Made by a program: the position numbers and the translations under genes | Shown: positions 1 through 10,208 of the stretch, one piece after another | Numbering within the stretch: the first letter of the stretch is position 1 | How the letters are laid out: each line of letters opens with the position of its first letter | Notes under the pieces: model-generated | The model's input: the letters and a program-made list of their open reading frames with translations, nothing else | Database searches by the model: none | Told to the model about the DNA's origin: nothing | Assembly: GCF_000091665.1 (NCBI RefSeq) | Contig: NC_000909.1 | Coordinates: forward strand, 1,404,118-1,436,117 | From: Methanocaldococcus jannaschii DSM 2661 | GTDB taxonomy: Archaea; AGJL01; Methanococci; Methanococcales; Methanocaldococcaceae | DNA: 32,000 nt | Direction of reading: 5' to 3'

Positions 1-194
1 TTAGTAGGTTGGGAGTAATTAACGAAAAAGCTAAATATGATGAGATTAAGGAAATATTTGAAAAAAATTTACCAAAAGATTTAGAAATATACAAAGAATA
101 TCACGCATTAATAGTAGAGCACTGTAAAAAGTTCTGTAGGAAAAAGGCATTATGTGATAACTGTCCAATTAAAGAATTCTGCCTCTCAAAGTAA
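1..194 (+). CDS. C-terminal part of HhH-GPD family DNA glycosylase with C-terminal FeS cysteine loop (partial, 5' end outside window)
   Basis: Frame is open to the left edge; ends ...CKKFCRKKALCDNCPIKEFCLSK, a Cys pattern like the C-terminal 4Fe-4S loop of EndoIII-type glycosylases. Position next to hfq fits the M. jannaschii MJ1434 UDG (recollection). Confidence 0.75.
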   Translation, partial: SRLGVINEKAKYDEIKEIFEKNLPKDLEIYKEYHALIVEHCKKFCRKKALCDNCPIKEFCLSK

Positions 195-276
195 TTTTTT
201 GCTATCTTTAAAAAAGTATATATATGTGATTGAAAATTATAAGGGTTGATATTTATAAGATGTCAAAAGGTGGGAG

Positions 277-495
<219 letters not shown>

Positions 496-635
496 ATACT
501 AACTTCCCCATTCTTTTTTTCTCTTTTATTTATTATGTATAAATTTATAAAAATAAATATAAACTATTTTAGTTAAGTTTAAATTTTGGGAGGTTATTAT
601 ATTATTTTTTGCAAGTAGATTAAGGGGGATATTAT

Positions 636-929
636 ATGCCAAAGATGGTTTTATTACCAAGAATGACAATGGCTTTAGGAGGATATATTAGAGAAACTAC
701 CTTTCCTTATGAAGAGGATGATGAAGTAAAGCCCTTCCCATACAGAAATGTTATAGTTGGGAATCCAACAGATGAACCGATAAAGATAGAAGTTCCTGCT
801 TATAATGAAGGTTGGATAGAGAGGCATAAAAAGTTAGGATTAATTGTTGTTCCTGTTAATGAGGATGATGACTTTGTTGGATTGTTTCAAATGGTCAAAG
901 AGAAGGTAAAAAATGCTAAAAGGGAATAA
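636..929 (+). CDS. Conserved hypothetical protein
   Basis: 97 aa ORF between hfq and the HAD gene; no family recognised with confidence. Confidence 0.6.
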   Translation: MPKMVLLPRMTMALGGYIRETTFPYEEDDEVKPFPYRNVIVGNPTDEPIKIEVPAYNEGWIERHKKLGLIVVPVNEDDDFVGLFQMVKEKVKNAKRE

Positions 930-932
930 AAT

Positions 933-1619
933 ATGATAAAGGGAATTTTGTTTGATTTAGACGATACCTTATATAATTCATCAGAATTTGTAGAGATTGC
1001 AAGAAGAGAAGCAGTTAAATCAATGATAGATGCTGGTTTAAATATAGATTTTGAAGAAGCAATGAACATATTAAACAAAATCATTAAGGACAAAGGTTCA
1101 AATTATGGAAAGCATTTTGATGATTTAGTTAAAGCTGTTTTAGGAAAATATGACCCAAAAATAATAACTACTGGAATAATAACCTACCATAACGTTAAAG
1201 TAGCATTATTAAGGCCTTATCCACACACAATAAAGACATTAATGGAACTTAAGGCAATGGGATTAAAGTTGGGGGTTATAACTGATGGATTAACTATAAA
1301 GCAATGGGAAAAGCTTATTAGATTAGGAATTCATCCATTCTTTGATGATGTTATAACCTCAGAGGAATTTGGTTTAGGAAAGCCTCACTTAGAGTTTTTT
1401 AAATATGGATTAAAGAGAATGGGTTTAAAAGCAGAAGAAACAGTATATGTTGGAGATAGGGTTGATAAGGATATAAAACCAGCTAAAGAGTTGGGGATGA
1501 TAACAGTTAGGATATTGAAGGGCAAATATAAAGACATGGAAGATGATGAATATAGCGATTACACAATAAACTCCCTTCAAGAGCTTGTAGATATTGTTAA
1601 AAATTTAAAAAAGGATTAA
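933..1619 (+). CDS. HAD-superfamily hydrolase (phosphatase)
   Basis: HAD motif I GILFDLDDTLYNS, motif II LGVITDG, motif III GKPH, motif IV VYVGDRVDKDI. Confidence 0.9.
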   Translation: MIKGILFDLDDTLYNSSEFVEIARREAVKSMIDAGLNIDFEEAMNILNKIIKDKGSNYGKHFDDLVKAVLGKYDPKIITTGIITYHNVKVALLRPYPHTIKTLMELKAMGLKLGVITDGLTIKQWEKLIRLGIHPFFDDVITSEEFGLGKPHLEFFKYGLKRMGLKAEETVYVGDRVDKDIKPAKELGMITVRILKGKYKDMEDDEYSDYTINSLQELVDIVKNLKKD

Positions 1620-1644
1620 AATATAAAATTTTTTGGGGATAACA

Positions 1645-2409
1645 ATGTTTAAGGAATTTAAAGCACTGTTGTCATTTTTTACAAGGATTCCAATCTATGT
1701 AGAAGATTTTGATTTTGAAAACATTGCCAACTATTTTTATCTGATTATTTTAATTGGATATGTGTTTGGAATTTTTAGTTTGATATTAGGTTATATTTTT
1801 AGTTTTTTGCTCCCCAATTTTTTATCTGCTGTTTTAATTTTGTTTTTTATTGAATATTTAAACGGATTCCACCATATAGATGGTTTAATTGACTTTGGAG
1901 ATGGGTGGATGGCTGTTGGAGATAAGAGAAAGAAATTAATGGCTATGAAAGATAGATATATTGGCTGTGGAGGAGTAGTTTTTGCAATATTTTTTAATTT
2001 AATGGCAGTCATATCATTATCTTATATTTTAGACATTAATATCCTATATCTATTGGTTGGAGAGGTTTGTGCAAAGCTTGGAATGCTAAGCTGTTCAACC
2101 TTTGGAAATCCTTTAATTGAAGGAACTGGGAGATACTTTGTTAAAAAGGCAGATGAAAAATTTTTAACAATTGGTATTATTTTATCTCTCCCATTACTTT
2201 TAATATTCAGTGGGATTGAAAGGAAGATAGTTATTATTGCCATAATAACGACAATAATTACTGGCTTATGTATGGCTAAAATAGCCAAAAGACATTTTGG
2301 AGGAGTTAATGGAGATGTTTTAGGAGCTTCAAATGAAATAACAAGAGTTGTTGTTTTATTATCAATTATAGCAAGTATTAAAGTATTTAGTATATATTTA
2401 TTAGGTTAA
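1645..2409 (+). CDS. cobS: Adenosylcobinamide-GDP ribazoletransferase (cobalamin synthase)
   Basis: CobS signatures [22 protein letters not shown] and [14 protein letters not shown]; multiple hydrophobic segments. ATG at 1645 preceded by 'ggggat' preferred over the track start at 1633. Confidence 0.9.
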
Positions 2410-2428
2410 AATGATTAGAGGGAGGATT

Positions 2429-3034
2429 ATGAGAAAATTCCTAATACTATCTATGTTAATCTTCACAACTCTATGTGGCTGTGTTGATTTCTCATCCTCT
2501 AATTCTAACGGTTATTATCATGATAGTTGGAGTTATAATAATTACACTTCTTTTGTAGATACTCATGAACACTACTACGGAAAGGTTGTTAAGGTTGTAG
2601 ATGGAGACACTGTTTATGTTGAAGTTAATGGGGAATTATGGAAGATTAGGCTTTTAGGGGTAGATACTCCAGAAATTCACAAGAGAAACAACCCGTATGA
2701 ATATTATTTATTAAATGGAACACCGATAACAGATACAAAATACTTAAAAGAATGGGGCTATAAAGCTAAGCATTTTGCAGAAAAAGAACTTAAAAATAAA
2801 ACAGTTATAATTGTCTTTGATAATGAAGCCCCAAAGAAAGATAAATATGGGAGATATTTAGCATACATCTTTATAAATAATAGTAATAATTTAATAAACT
2901 TCAATGAAGAGCTTTTAAAGTATGGATATGCAAGGGTTTATATAAGTAATTTTGAGTTAAAGGATGAATTCTTAAATGTTGAGAGGGAAGCTAAAGAAAA
3001 TAGAGTGGGTTTATGGAATTGGAGCAATAACTAA
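2429..3034 (+). CDS. Exported/lipoprotein-like thermonuclease (SNase-like)
   Basis: KVVKVVDGDTVYVEV...IRLLGVDTPEIHKR...YGRYLAYIF...YARVYIS...GLWNW is a staphylococcal nuclease domain; N-terminal signal with lipobox-like LCGC. ATG 2429 has an upstream purine-rich RBS. Confidence 0.88.
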   Translation: MRKFLILSMLIFTTLCGCVDFSSSNSNGYYHDSWSYNNYTSFVDTHEHYYGKVVKVVDGDTVYVEVNGELWKIRLLGVDTPEIHKRNNPYEYYLLNGTPITDTKYLKEWGYKAKHFAEKELKNKTVIIVFDNEAPKKDKYGRYLAYIFINNSNNLINFNEELLKYGYARVYISNFELKDEFLNVEREAKENRVGLWNWSNN

Positions 3035-3044
3035 GGGGAGTTTT

Positions 3045-3071
3045 ATGGAAGGGAGAACTTATGCATTATCA
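3045..3071 (+). pseudogene. Duplicated 5' fragment of the downstream shikimate kinase gene (MEGRTYALS then stop)
   Basis: atggaagggagaacttatgcattatca (3045-3071) matches 22/27 nt with atggaaggaaaagcctatgcattagca (3166-3192); upstream ggggag/ggagtg RBS-like context also resembles the second copy. Confidence 0.7.
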
Positions 3072-3129
3072 TGAACCTTTAATAAAGGTTCATCAAAATG
3101 AGTGGGGCTTCACTTCGTTCAGCTCCACT
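3071..3129 (+). repeat. Two-hairpin insert between duplicated shikimate kinase gene starts
   Basis: Hairpin 1: atgaaccttt(3071-3080)/aaaggttcat(3084-3093), perfect 10 bp. Hairpin 2: agtggggct(3101-3109)/agctccact(3121-3129), one G.U-type difference, loop tcacttcgttc. Confidence 0.65.
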
Positions 3130-3165
3130 TTATTTATAGCTACAAAAGTAATGGAGTGATTTTTT

Positions 3166-4014
3166 ATGGAAGGAAAAGCCTATGCATTAGCATCTGGGAC
3201 AATAATAAACGCTATAGCAACAGGTAAGGGTTCAGCTTTTGGATTAGATTTAAAGGTTTATGCCAAAGTTAAACTTATAGATGATGGAAAAAACAAAATA
3301 GAGGGTAAAGTTTTAGATAATCCAAACATTAAGCCAAATTTAATAGTAAGATGTGTCAAAAATACTTTAGATTATTTTGGGCTGAATTACTCTGCCTATG
3401 TTGAAACAAAGACAGAAATTCCTATAAAATCTGGATTGAGTAGTAGTTCAGCCACTTCTAACGCAGTTGTTTTGGCAACATTTGATGCATTAGGGGAAAA
3501 AATAGATGATGAGCTAATATTAAATTTAGGGATAAAATCAAGTTTTGATGAAAAATTAACTGTTACTGGAGCTTATGATGATGCTACTGCATCATACTAT
3601 GGGGGAATAACAATAACTGACAATATAGAAAGAAAAATTTTAAAAAGAGATAAGATGAGAGATGATTTAAACGTCTTAATATTAATTCCAAATTTAGAAA
3701 AGAATGTTGATGTAAATAGAATGAAGCTAATAAAGGATTATGTTGAAATTGCCTTTAATGAGGCTATAAATGGAAACTATTTCAAAGCTTTATTTTTAAA
3801 TGGAATTCTTTATGCATCAGCTTTAAACTTTCCAACAAACATAGCAATAGACGCATTAGATGCTGGGGCAATAACAGCCGGTTTATCTGGAACAGGTCCA
3901 AGTTATATAGCCATGGTTGAAGATGAAAATGTTGAAAAGGTAAAAGAAAAATTAAATAGGTATGGAAAGGTTATTTTAACTAAACCAAACAATGATGGAG
4001 CTTCTATTTACTAA
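3166..4014 (+). CDS. Archaeal shikimate kinase (GHMP kinase family)
   Basis: GHMP motif [22 protein letters not shown]-terminus [31 protein letters not shown]-terminal [15 protein letters not shown]. Confidence 0.9.
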   Translation: MEGKAYALASGTIINAIATGKGSAFGLDLKVYAKVKLIDDGKNKIEGKVLDNPNIKPNLIVRCVKNTLDYFGLNYSAYVETKTEIPIKSGLSSSSATSNAVVLATFDALGEKIDDELILNLGIKSSFDEKLTVTGAYDDATASYYGGITITDNIERKILKRDKMRDDLNVLILIPNLEKNVDVNRMKLIKDYVEIAFNEAINGNYFKALFLNGILYASALNFPTNIAIDALDAGAITAGLSGTGPSYIAMVEDENVEKVKEKLNRYGKVILTKPNNDGASIY

Positions 4015-4158
4015 TTTTAATTTTTTATTTTTTATGAAATTTATCATGATTTTTAATGACAAATTATAAATACTAAAATTGTAATAATGTAGTAATAAAA
4101 TCTACAAAAAATTAGCACTAAAGTAGTTATTATAAGTTATTAATATTACGGTGGTGTT

Positions 4159-7100
4159 ATGAAAATCACATTTTATATGTGGGCATCTTATTGCTCAATA
4201 TTAAAAAAGGCGTTGGATGAGCTTAAAAAAGAAGGAGTAGATGTTGAATATAAAATATATTCTAACAGAAATCCAATTGATGATGAGTTTTTAGAGGATG
4301 CAAAAGATTATGATTTAGTTTTTATTTATAGAACATCATCAGATGATATTGATTTAGAGAAGATAAAGAAGTTCAATGAAAACGTTATAGTTGTTGCCCA
4401 AGACCCAAACTTTTGGAATTCTGAAAAATCTGCTAAATGTTATTTATTTATAACTTATGGAGGTTTAGATAACTTCAAAAATATGGTTTTATATCTAATG
4501 GGTAAAGATAAAGATGTTGTAAAGCATCCATTCCAAGGTATCTATTATAGAGGCAAAATTTATGAAGAATTAGAAGAATTTTTAAAAGACGTTGAGTTTA
4601 ATAAAAAATATACGGTGGGGATTTTATTCTCAAGGCATTATTTAGTTAATGATGATATGGATGTTATTGAGAAGCTATTAAATAGATTGGACAAAGAATT
4701 CAATGTAATTCCAGTATTTTCCTATGGAGCTAAGTGTGAGGATTTAAATGCCTTAGGTAGTGGAGAGAGTGTTTTAAAATACTTCCTTAAAGATGATAAG
4801 CCAATAATAGACGCCTTAATCAATCTACTGTCATTTCCATTGGGAACTGTAAAAGATAAGGCTAATTTAAACAAAATCTCTGGAGTAGAGATACTTAAAA
4901 AGTTAGATGTGCCAGTATTTCATCCAATAATGAGTTATTATAAAAGCTATGAGGATTGGAAAAAAGATGAGCAAGGTTTATCTGCAGATATTGGTTGGAC
5001 TATAGCCTTGCCAGAGTTTGAAGGGGTTATAGAACCGATTATCATTGGAACTACTGAAAATGAGAACGGCTTAGAGAAGAAGTTTGGTATTGAGGAAAGG
5101 ATAGACAAAGTTGTTAGAAGAATAAAGAGATGGATTGAGCTAAAATACAAACCTAAGAAAGATAGAAAGGTTATATTTATATTGCATAACAATGCATGTG
5201 CATCTGTTGAGGCAACTGTGGGAAGTGCTGCCCATTTAGACAGCTTTCAAAGTGTTATAAACATAATGAAGAAGTTGAAGGAAGAGGGCTACTATGTAGA
5301 AAATATTCCAGAAAATGGAGAGGAGTTAGCTCAGCTAATTATGCAGAAGAAGGCAATTTCAGAGTTTAGATGGACTACCGTAAATGAGATTATAGCTAAA
5401 GGAGGATATCTATACTTAATGGATGAAGAAGAGTATTATGAATACTTCAACACACTGCCAGAGAATGTAAAAAATAAAATTTTAGAAACATGGGGAGATT
5501 TAAATGGTAAAGACATCCCAGCAGGAATGATTTATAAAGTTAATGGAAAAAATAAGATAGTTATAACTGGTTTAAAGTTTGGGAATGTCTATGTTTGTGT
5601 TCAACCAAAAAGAGGATGTGCTGGGGCAAGATGTGATGGAAGAGTTTGTAAGATATTACACGACCCTTATTGCCCACCAACTCATCAATATATAGCATCA
5701 TATAAATATTTTAATGACATTGCTGACATAATAATCCACGTTGGTACTCATGGAACTTTGGAATTTTTACCTGGAAAAAACGTTGGTTTATCTAACGAAT
5801 GCTATCCAGACATCTGTATTGGAGATATTCCTCATCTCTATATTTATAATTCAGATAATCCACCAGAGGGAACTATAGCAAAGAGAAGAAGCTATGCAAC
5901 TATTATTGATCACATGCAAACAGTTATGGTTGATGCATTTTATGAAGAGTTGGAGACATTAGATAGCTATATAGAGGAGTATTTAAAGGAGATGGATGCT
6001 TCAAGAAGGCATCAGTTAGAGCATTTGATAGTTGAGGAAGTTAAAAAAACCAATTTATTGAAAATTAAAGAAAAAATTGAGAAGATTGAAAAAGAAGGGA
6101 AAATCCATGAGAACTTTAAAGAGATATTTGATGAGCTAAGAGATATCTTAGAGATGATAAAGAACTCGAAGTGCAATGATGGAATGCATATCTTTGGAGA
6201 ACTTCCAAGTGGAGAGAAGAGAGTTGAGTTTATAAAGAGTATTTTAGAGGCGATATTCATCCAGAATAATACTATGAATAGTAAAAGGAGAGGCATTGCC
6301 GAGCGAAGCGAGGCAATGCATCCGGGGTATCCCAATAGGGGGCTTCCCCCTATGGAGTTTGAGTATAAAGATAAAAACCTAAAGAAGAAAGTTTCAGATG
6401 TATTAAATGGAAAGAGTATAGAAGATAAAAAATTAGAGGAGAAGATTAAGGATATCAATGAGAGAATTGAAAAATCAGATGAGATTGGCTCTTTGTTGAG
6501 AGGCATTGATGCCAAATATATAGAGCCAGGGCCTTCTGGGCTGATAACAAGAGGAAACTATGATATCTTACCAACAGGAAGGAACTTTTACTCATTAGAC
6601 CCATACCGAATTCCTACGAAATCTGCTTATAGAGTAGGGGTTTTATTAGCTGAAAAATTAATTAATAGATATTTAGAGGAGGAGGGAAGGTATCCTGAAA
6701 ACATAGCTCTATATTGGATGGCATCTGATATAATGTGGGCTGATGGGGAAGGAATGGGGATGATTTTATATCTATTGGGTGTTAAGCCAGTTTATAGAGG
6801 AGGGAGAGTTGTTGGCTTAGAAGTTATTCCATTGGAGGAGTTGGGAAGACCAAGGATTGATGTAACCATTAGAGTTAGTGGAATAACAAGGGATATGTTC
6901 CCAAACTGCATAGAGCTTGTTGATGAGGCAATAATGAAAGTTGCTAACTTAGATGAGCCATTGGAGATGAACTTTGTAAAGAAGCATGTTGTTGAGAACT
7001 TAAATAAAGGCCTATCATTTAGAGAATCAACATTTAGAATCTTCTGCTCTCCTCCTGGCACTTATGGAAATGGTGTTAAATATGCAGTGTATGCAAGTGC

Positions 7101-7839
7101 ATGGGAAAATGATGAAGATTTAAAAGATGCATTTATCTACTGGAACTCCTATGCCTATGGAAAGGATGTCTATGGAAAGAAGGCGATTAATGCATTTGAA
7201 AATATATTAAAGACAGTTGATTTAACATTTAATAAAGTTGTTACAGATGAGTATGATTTATTTGGATGTTGTTGCTACTTTGGAACGCATGGAGGTTTAA
7301 CAAATGCCGCAAGGGTTTTAAAAGGAGAAGAGGTTAAGGCATATTATGGAGATACAAGAAATCCAAACAATGTTGAAGTAAGAACTTTAAAAGAAGAAAT
7401 TGAGAGAGTTAGCTTAACAAAACTCTTAAATCCAAAGTGGATTGAGGGAATGAAGAGGCATGGCTACAAAGGAGCTGGAGATATAGCCAAGAGAATTGGC
7501 AGAGTTTATGGCTGGAGTGCTACAACAAAAGAGGTTGAGAATTGGATATTTGATGAGATATTTAATACGTTCGTGAAAAATGAAGAGAATAGAAAGTTCT
7601 TTAAGGAACACAACATCTATGCCTTAGAAGAGATTGCAAGGAGATTGTTGGAGGCTTATCAAAGAGGATTGTGGAAAACAACTGAAGGGAATATAGAGGA
7701 GCTAAAAAGGGCTTATTTAGAGATTGAGGGAGATATTGAAGAAACCTATAGTAGTATAGCAGATATTGGTGAATTCCAAGGAGGTAGTGTAGATATTGAC
7801 ATGATTTGGAAGGAAAAGCTTATGAGTAATGGGAGATAA
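4159..7839 (+). CDS. cobN: CobN/BchH-family metal chelatase large subunit
   Basis: 1226 aa; CobN/Mg-chelatase landmarks IIHVGTHGTLEFLPGKNVGLS, IYNSDNPPEGTIAKRRSYATIIDHMQTVM, GPSGLITRGNYDILPTGRNFYSLDP, CCCYFGTHGGLTN. Confidence 0.9.
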   Translation: MKITFYMWASYCSILKKALDELKKEGVDVEYKIYSNRNPIDDEFLEDAKDYDLVFIYRTSSDDIDLEKIKKFNENVIVVAQDPNFWNSEKSAKCYLFITYGGLDNFKNMVLYLMGKDKDVVKHPFQGIYYRGKIYEELEEFLKDVEFNKKYTVGILFSRHYLVNDDMDVIEKLLNRLDKEFNVIPVFSYGAKCEDLNALGSGESVLKYFLKDDKPIIDALINLLSFPLGTVKDKANLNKISGVEILKKLDVPVFHPIMSYYKSYEDWKKDEQGLSADIGWTIALPEFEGVIEPIIIGTTENENGLEKKFGIEERIDKVVRRIKRWIELKYKPKKDRKVIFILHNNACASVEATVGSAAHLDSFQSVINIMKKLKEEGYYVENIPENGEELAQLIMQKKAISEFRWTTVNEIIAKGGYLYLMDEEEYYEYFNTLPENVKNKILETWGDLNGKDIPAGMIYKVNGKNKIVITGLKFGNVYVCVQPKRGCAGARCDGRVCKILHDPYCPPTHQYIASYKYFNDIADIIIHVGTHGTLEFLPGKNVGLSNECYPDICIGDIPHLYIYNSDNPPEGTIAKRRSYATIIDHMQTVMVDAFYEELETLDSYIEEYLKEMDASRRHQLEHLIVEEVKKTNLLKIKEKIEKIEKEGKIHENFKEIFDELRDILEMIKNSKCNDGMHIFGELPSGEKRVEFIKSILEAIFIQNNTMNSKRRGIAERSEAMHPGYPNRGLPPMEFEYKDKNLKKKVSDVLNGKSIEDKKLEEKIKDINERIEKSDEIGSLLRGIDAKYIEPGPSGLITRGNYDILPTGRNFYSLDPYRIPTKSAYRVGVLLAEKLINRYLEEEGRYPENIALYWMASDIMWADGEGMGMILYLLGVKPVYRGGRVVGLEVIPLEELGRPRIDVTIRVSGITRDMFPNCIELVDEAIMKVANLDEPLEMNFVKKHVVENLNKGLSFRESTFRIFCSPPGTYGNGVKYAVYASAWENDEDLKDAFIYWNSYAYGKDVYGKKAINAFENILKTVDLTFNKVVTDEYDLFGCCCYFGTHGGLTNAARVLKGEEVKAYYGDTRNPNNVEVRTLKEEIERVSLTKLLNPKWIEGMKRHGYKGAGDIAKRIGRVYGWSATTKEVENWIFDEIFNTFVKNEENRKFFKEHNIYALEEIARRLLEAYQRGLWKTTEGNIEELKRAYLEIEGDIEETYSSIADIGEFQGGSVDIDMIWKEKLMSNGR
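6270..6356 (+). repeat. GC-rich palindromic insert located in frame within the cobN-like ORF
   Basis: Consecutive hairpins: tacta/tagta (6270-6283), gcattgcc(6293-6300)/ggcaatgc(6312-6319), ataggggg(6335-6342)/ccccctat(6346-6353). Encodes the atypical stretch TMNSKRRGIAERSEAMHPGYPNRGLPPME. Confidence 0.75.
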
Positions 7840-8049
7840 ATTGGACTATTTTTATTTTTGTAAAATTTTTACCTTTTATATAACTTTAAAAAATTAAATT
7901 ACTTATTTATAATATTTTAGCTGGATAATATTTTCACAATTTGTATTATTATCAATAATTTCCATAGCCAAAATTAAAAATTGTAAAGATAGAAAATTTA
8001 TATAAGCATGACAAGCATAAGAATTTTTATAAAGTTCTACGGTGGGACT

Positions 8050-8616
8050 ATGAGGAAATTTTTAATATTTTTAATATTTTTGAGTGTTTTAGGATGTGGC
8101 ATAACCATTAGCGGATGCATTGGAGGAAAGAATGTTGAAGAGATTCAAAATATGCAAGAACAGGTAGTGCAACAACAACAAAATGAAAACCAGGAAGAAT
8201 ATCAAAATGAAGATGAAGGGGTTGATTACAATTCAATAAGGGATGTCCAGCCAATAGGAACTGCAAAAGAAGCTGATGAGAAAATTAGACCAATATTAAA
8301 TGAAGTGTTTGGAGAAGTTAAATTAATGGAATATGTTTCAACAGGAAAGCAAAATGAAGGAGAGTCTATTGTATTGACTTATGTTCCAAAGAGAAAAATA
8401 ACCACTAATGATTTTGAAAAGCTGAATGAGGCAATAAAAAAATCTGGATATTTTGAAAGTAGTGGAGGAATAGCAGGAGGAGGGCAATCTGGAGAAGGAA
8501 TGGTGTTATGGTATGTTTCAAAAGACAATAAATCTGCAATACAAATAATTTTATATCCAGATACAAATGAAATCGTTGTTGGATACTACAAAGGTAAGAT
8601 ATACTCTTCACAATAA
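8050..8616 (+). CDS. Lipoprotein-like secreted hypothetical protein
   Basis: N-terminus MRKFLIFLIFLSVLGCGITISGCIGG with two possible lipobox Cys; Q/N/E-rich linker; RBS 'ggtggg' immediately before ATG 8050. Confidence 0.7.
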   Translation: MRKFLIFLIFLSVLGCGITISGCIGGKNVEEIQNMQEQVVQQQQNENQEEYQNEDEGVDYNSIRDVQPIGTAKEADEKIRPILNEVFGEVKLMEYVSTGKQNEGESIVLTYVPKRKITTNDFEKLNEAIKKSGYFESSGGIAGGGQSGEGMVLWYVSKDNKSAIQIILYPDTNEIVVGYYKGKIYSSQ

Positions 8617-8661
8617 AATTCATCCTTTTTATAAAAATTTACGTATATATAGGTGATATTT

Positions 8662-8985
8662 ATGGGAAAAACTTCACTCGGTTTAGATGAAAATATTGAA
8701 GGAGCGTTATGTTATCTATTTGGAGTAATAACTGGAATATTGTTCTATATATTAGAAAAGGAAAGTAAATTTGTTAAATTTCATGCAGTTCAATCCATAA
8801 TACTATTCGGAGGACTTTGGGTTTTATCAATAATATTGGCATTTATACCCTATGGATGGATGCTAAGTGGTCTGGTAAATTTGGCAGCTTTTATTTTGTG
8901 GATTGTGTGTATGTATAAGGCATACAAAGGAGAGAAGTTTAAGCTTCCAGTAATTGGAGATATAGCAGAGCAGTATTCACAATAA
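8662..8985 (+). CDS. Small multi-helix membrane protein, DUF4870/Tic20-like
   Basis: ENIEGALCYLFGVITGILFYILEKESKFVKFHAVQSI...; RBS ggtgat before ATG 8662. Confidence 0.75.
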   Translation: MGKTSLGLDENIEGALCYLFGVITGILFYILEKESKFVKFHAVQSIILFGGLWVLSIILAFIPYGWMLSGLVNLAAFILWIVCMYKAYKGEKFKLPVIGDIAEQYSQ

Positions 8986-9069
8986 TTTTTAACTTTTGTC
9001 TATTTTTATGGATTTCTATAGAAATTTAAAAAATTAAACCGTTTTTTATAAATATCTTTTATGCAGTTA

Positions 9070-9177
9070 TATAGTGTTTTTCAAACTTCTTAAATAACTA
9101 AGGTATTAATGAACTCCTTCTTTGGAAGGCGTTCAAATCTTTATCAATAAATTTTATTAATTTTGAAAAACACTATA
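9070..9177. repeat. 108-bp inverted-repeat element with internal hairpin upstream of FEN-1
   Basis: tatagtgtttttcaaa (9070-9085) is the exact reverse complement of tttgaaaaacactata (9162-9177); internal hairpin gaac-t-ccttc-tttg-gaagg-c-gttc at 9111-9134. Confidence 0.8.
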
Positions 9178-9209
9178 ATTTTTAGTTAAGATTAAATGTA
9201 GGGGATAAC

Positions 9210-10190
9210 ATGGGAGTGCAGTTTGGTGATTTTATTCCAAAAAATATTATCTCCTTTGAAGATTTAAAAGGGAAAAAAGTAGCTATTGATGGAATGAATG
9301 CATTATATCAGTTTTTAACATCTATACGTTTGAGAGATGGTTCTCCATTGAGAAATAGAAAAGGAGAGATAACCTCAGCATATAACGGAGTTTTTTATAA
9401 AACCATACATTTGTTAGAGAATGATATAACTCCAATCTGGGTTTTTGATGGTGAGCCACCAAAGTTAAAGGAGAAAACAAGGAAAGTTAGGAGAGAGATG
9501 AAAGAGAAAGCTGAACTTAAGATGAAAGAGGCAATTAAAAAGGAGGATTTTGAAGAAGCTGCTAAGTATGCAAAGAGGGTTAGCTATCTAACTCCGAAAA
9601 TGGTTGAAAACTGCAAATATTTGTTAAGTTTGATGGGCATTCCGTATGTTGAAGCTCCCTCTGAGGGAGAGGCACAAGCAAGCTATATGGCAAAGAAGGG
9701 AGATGTTTGGGCAGTTGTAAGTCAAGATTATGATGCCTTGTTATATGGAGCTCCGAGAGTTGTTAGAAATTTAACAACTACAAAGGAGATGCCAGAACTT
9801 ATTGAATTAAATGAGGTTTTAGAGGATTTAAGAATTTCTTTGGATGATTTGATAGATATAGCCATATTTATGGGAACTGACTATAATCCAGGAGGAGTTA
9901 AAGGAATAGGATTTAAAAGGGCTTATGAATTGGTTAGAAGTGGTGTAGCTAAGGATGTTTTGAAAAAAGAGGTTGAATACTACGATGAGATTAAGAGGAT
10001 ATTTAAAGAGCCAAAGGTTACCGATAACTATTCATTAAGCCTAAAATTGCCAGATAAAGAGGGAATTATAAAATTCTTAGTTGATGAAAATGACTTTAAT
10101 TATGATAGGGTTAAAAAGCATGTTGATAAACTCTATAACTTAATTGCAAACAAAACTAAGCAAAAAACATTAGATGCATGGTTTAAATAA
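9210..10190 (+). CDS. fen: Flap endonuclease 1
   Basis: MGVQFGDFIP N-terminus, VAIDGMNALYQFL, WVFDGEPP, VEAPSEGEAQASYM, GVKGIGFKRA, C-terminal PIP-box-like KQKTLDAWF. Confidence 0.97.
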   Translation: MGVQFGDFIPKNIISFEDLKGKKVAIDGMNALYQFLTSIRLRDGSPLRNRKGEITSAYNGVFYKTIHLLENDITPIWVFDGEPPKLKEKTRKVRREMKEKAELKMKEAIKKEDFEEAAKYAKRVSYLTPKMVENCKYLLSLMGIPYVEAPSEGEAQASYMAKKGDVWAVVSQDYDALLYGAPRVVRNLTTTKEMPELIELNEVLEDLRISLDDLIDIAIFMGTDYNPGGVKGIGFKRAYELVRSGVAKDVLKKEVEYYDEIKRIFKEPKVTDNYSLSLKLPDKEGIIKFLVDENDFNYDRVKKHVDKLYNLIANKTKQKTLDAWFK

Positions 10191-10208
10191 TTTATATAAT
10201 TTTGTGGG

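Noticed and set aside
4947-7611. Several minus-strand ORFs (4947..5192, 6012..6515, 6792..7061, 7426..7611) opposite the cobN-like gene
   Set aside because: Low-complexity Ser/Phe/Leu/Ile-rich translations typical of antisense frames of an AT-rich K/E-rich gene; the sense ORF has clear family motifs.
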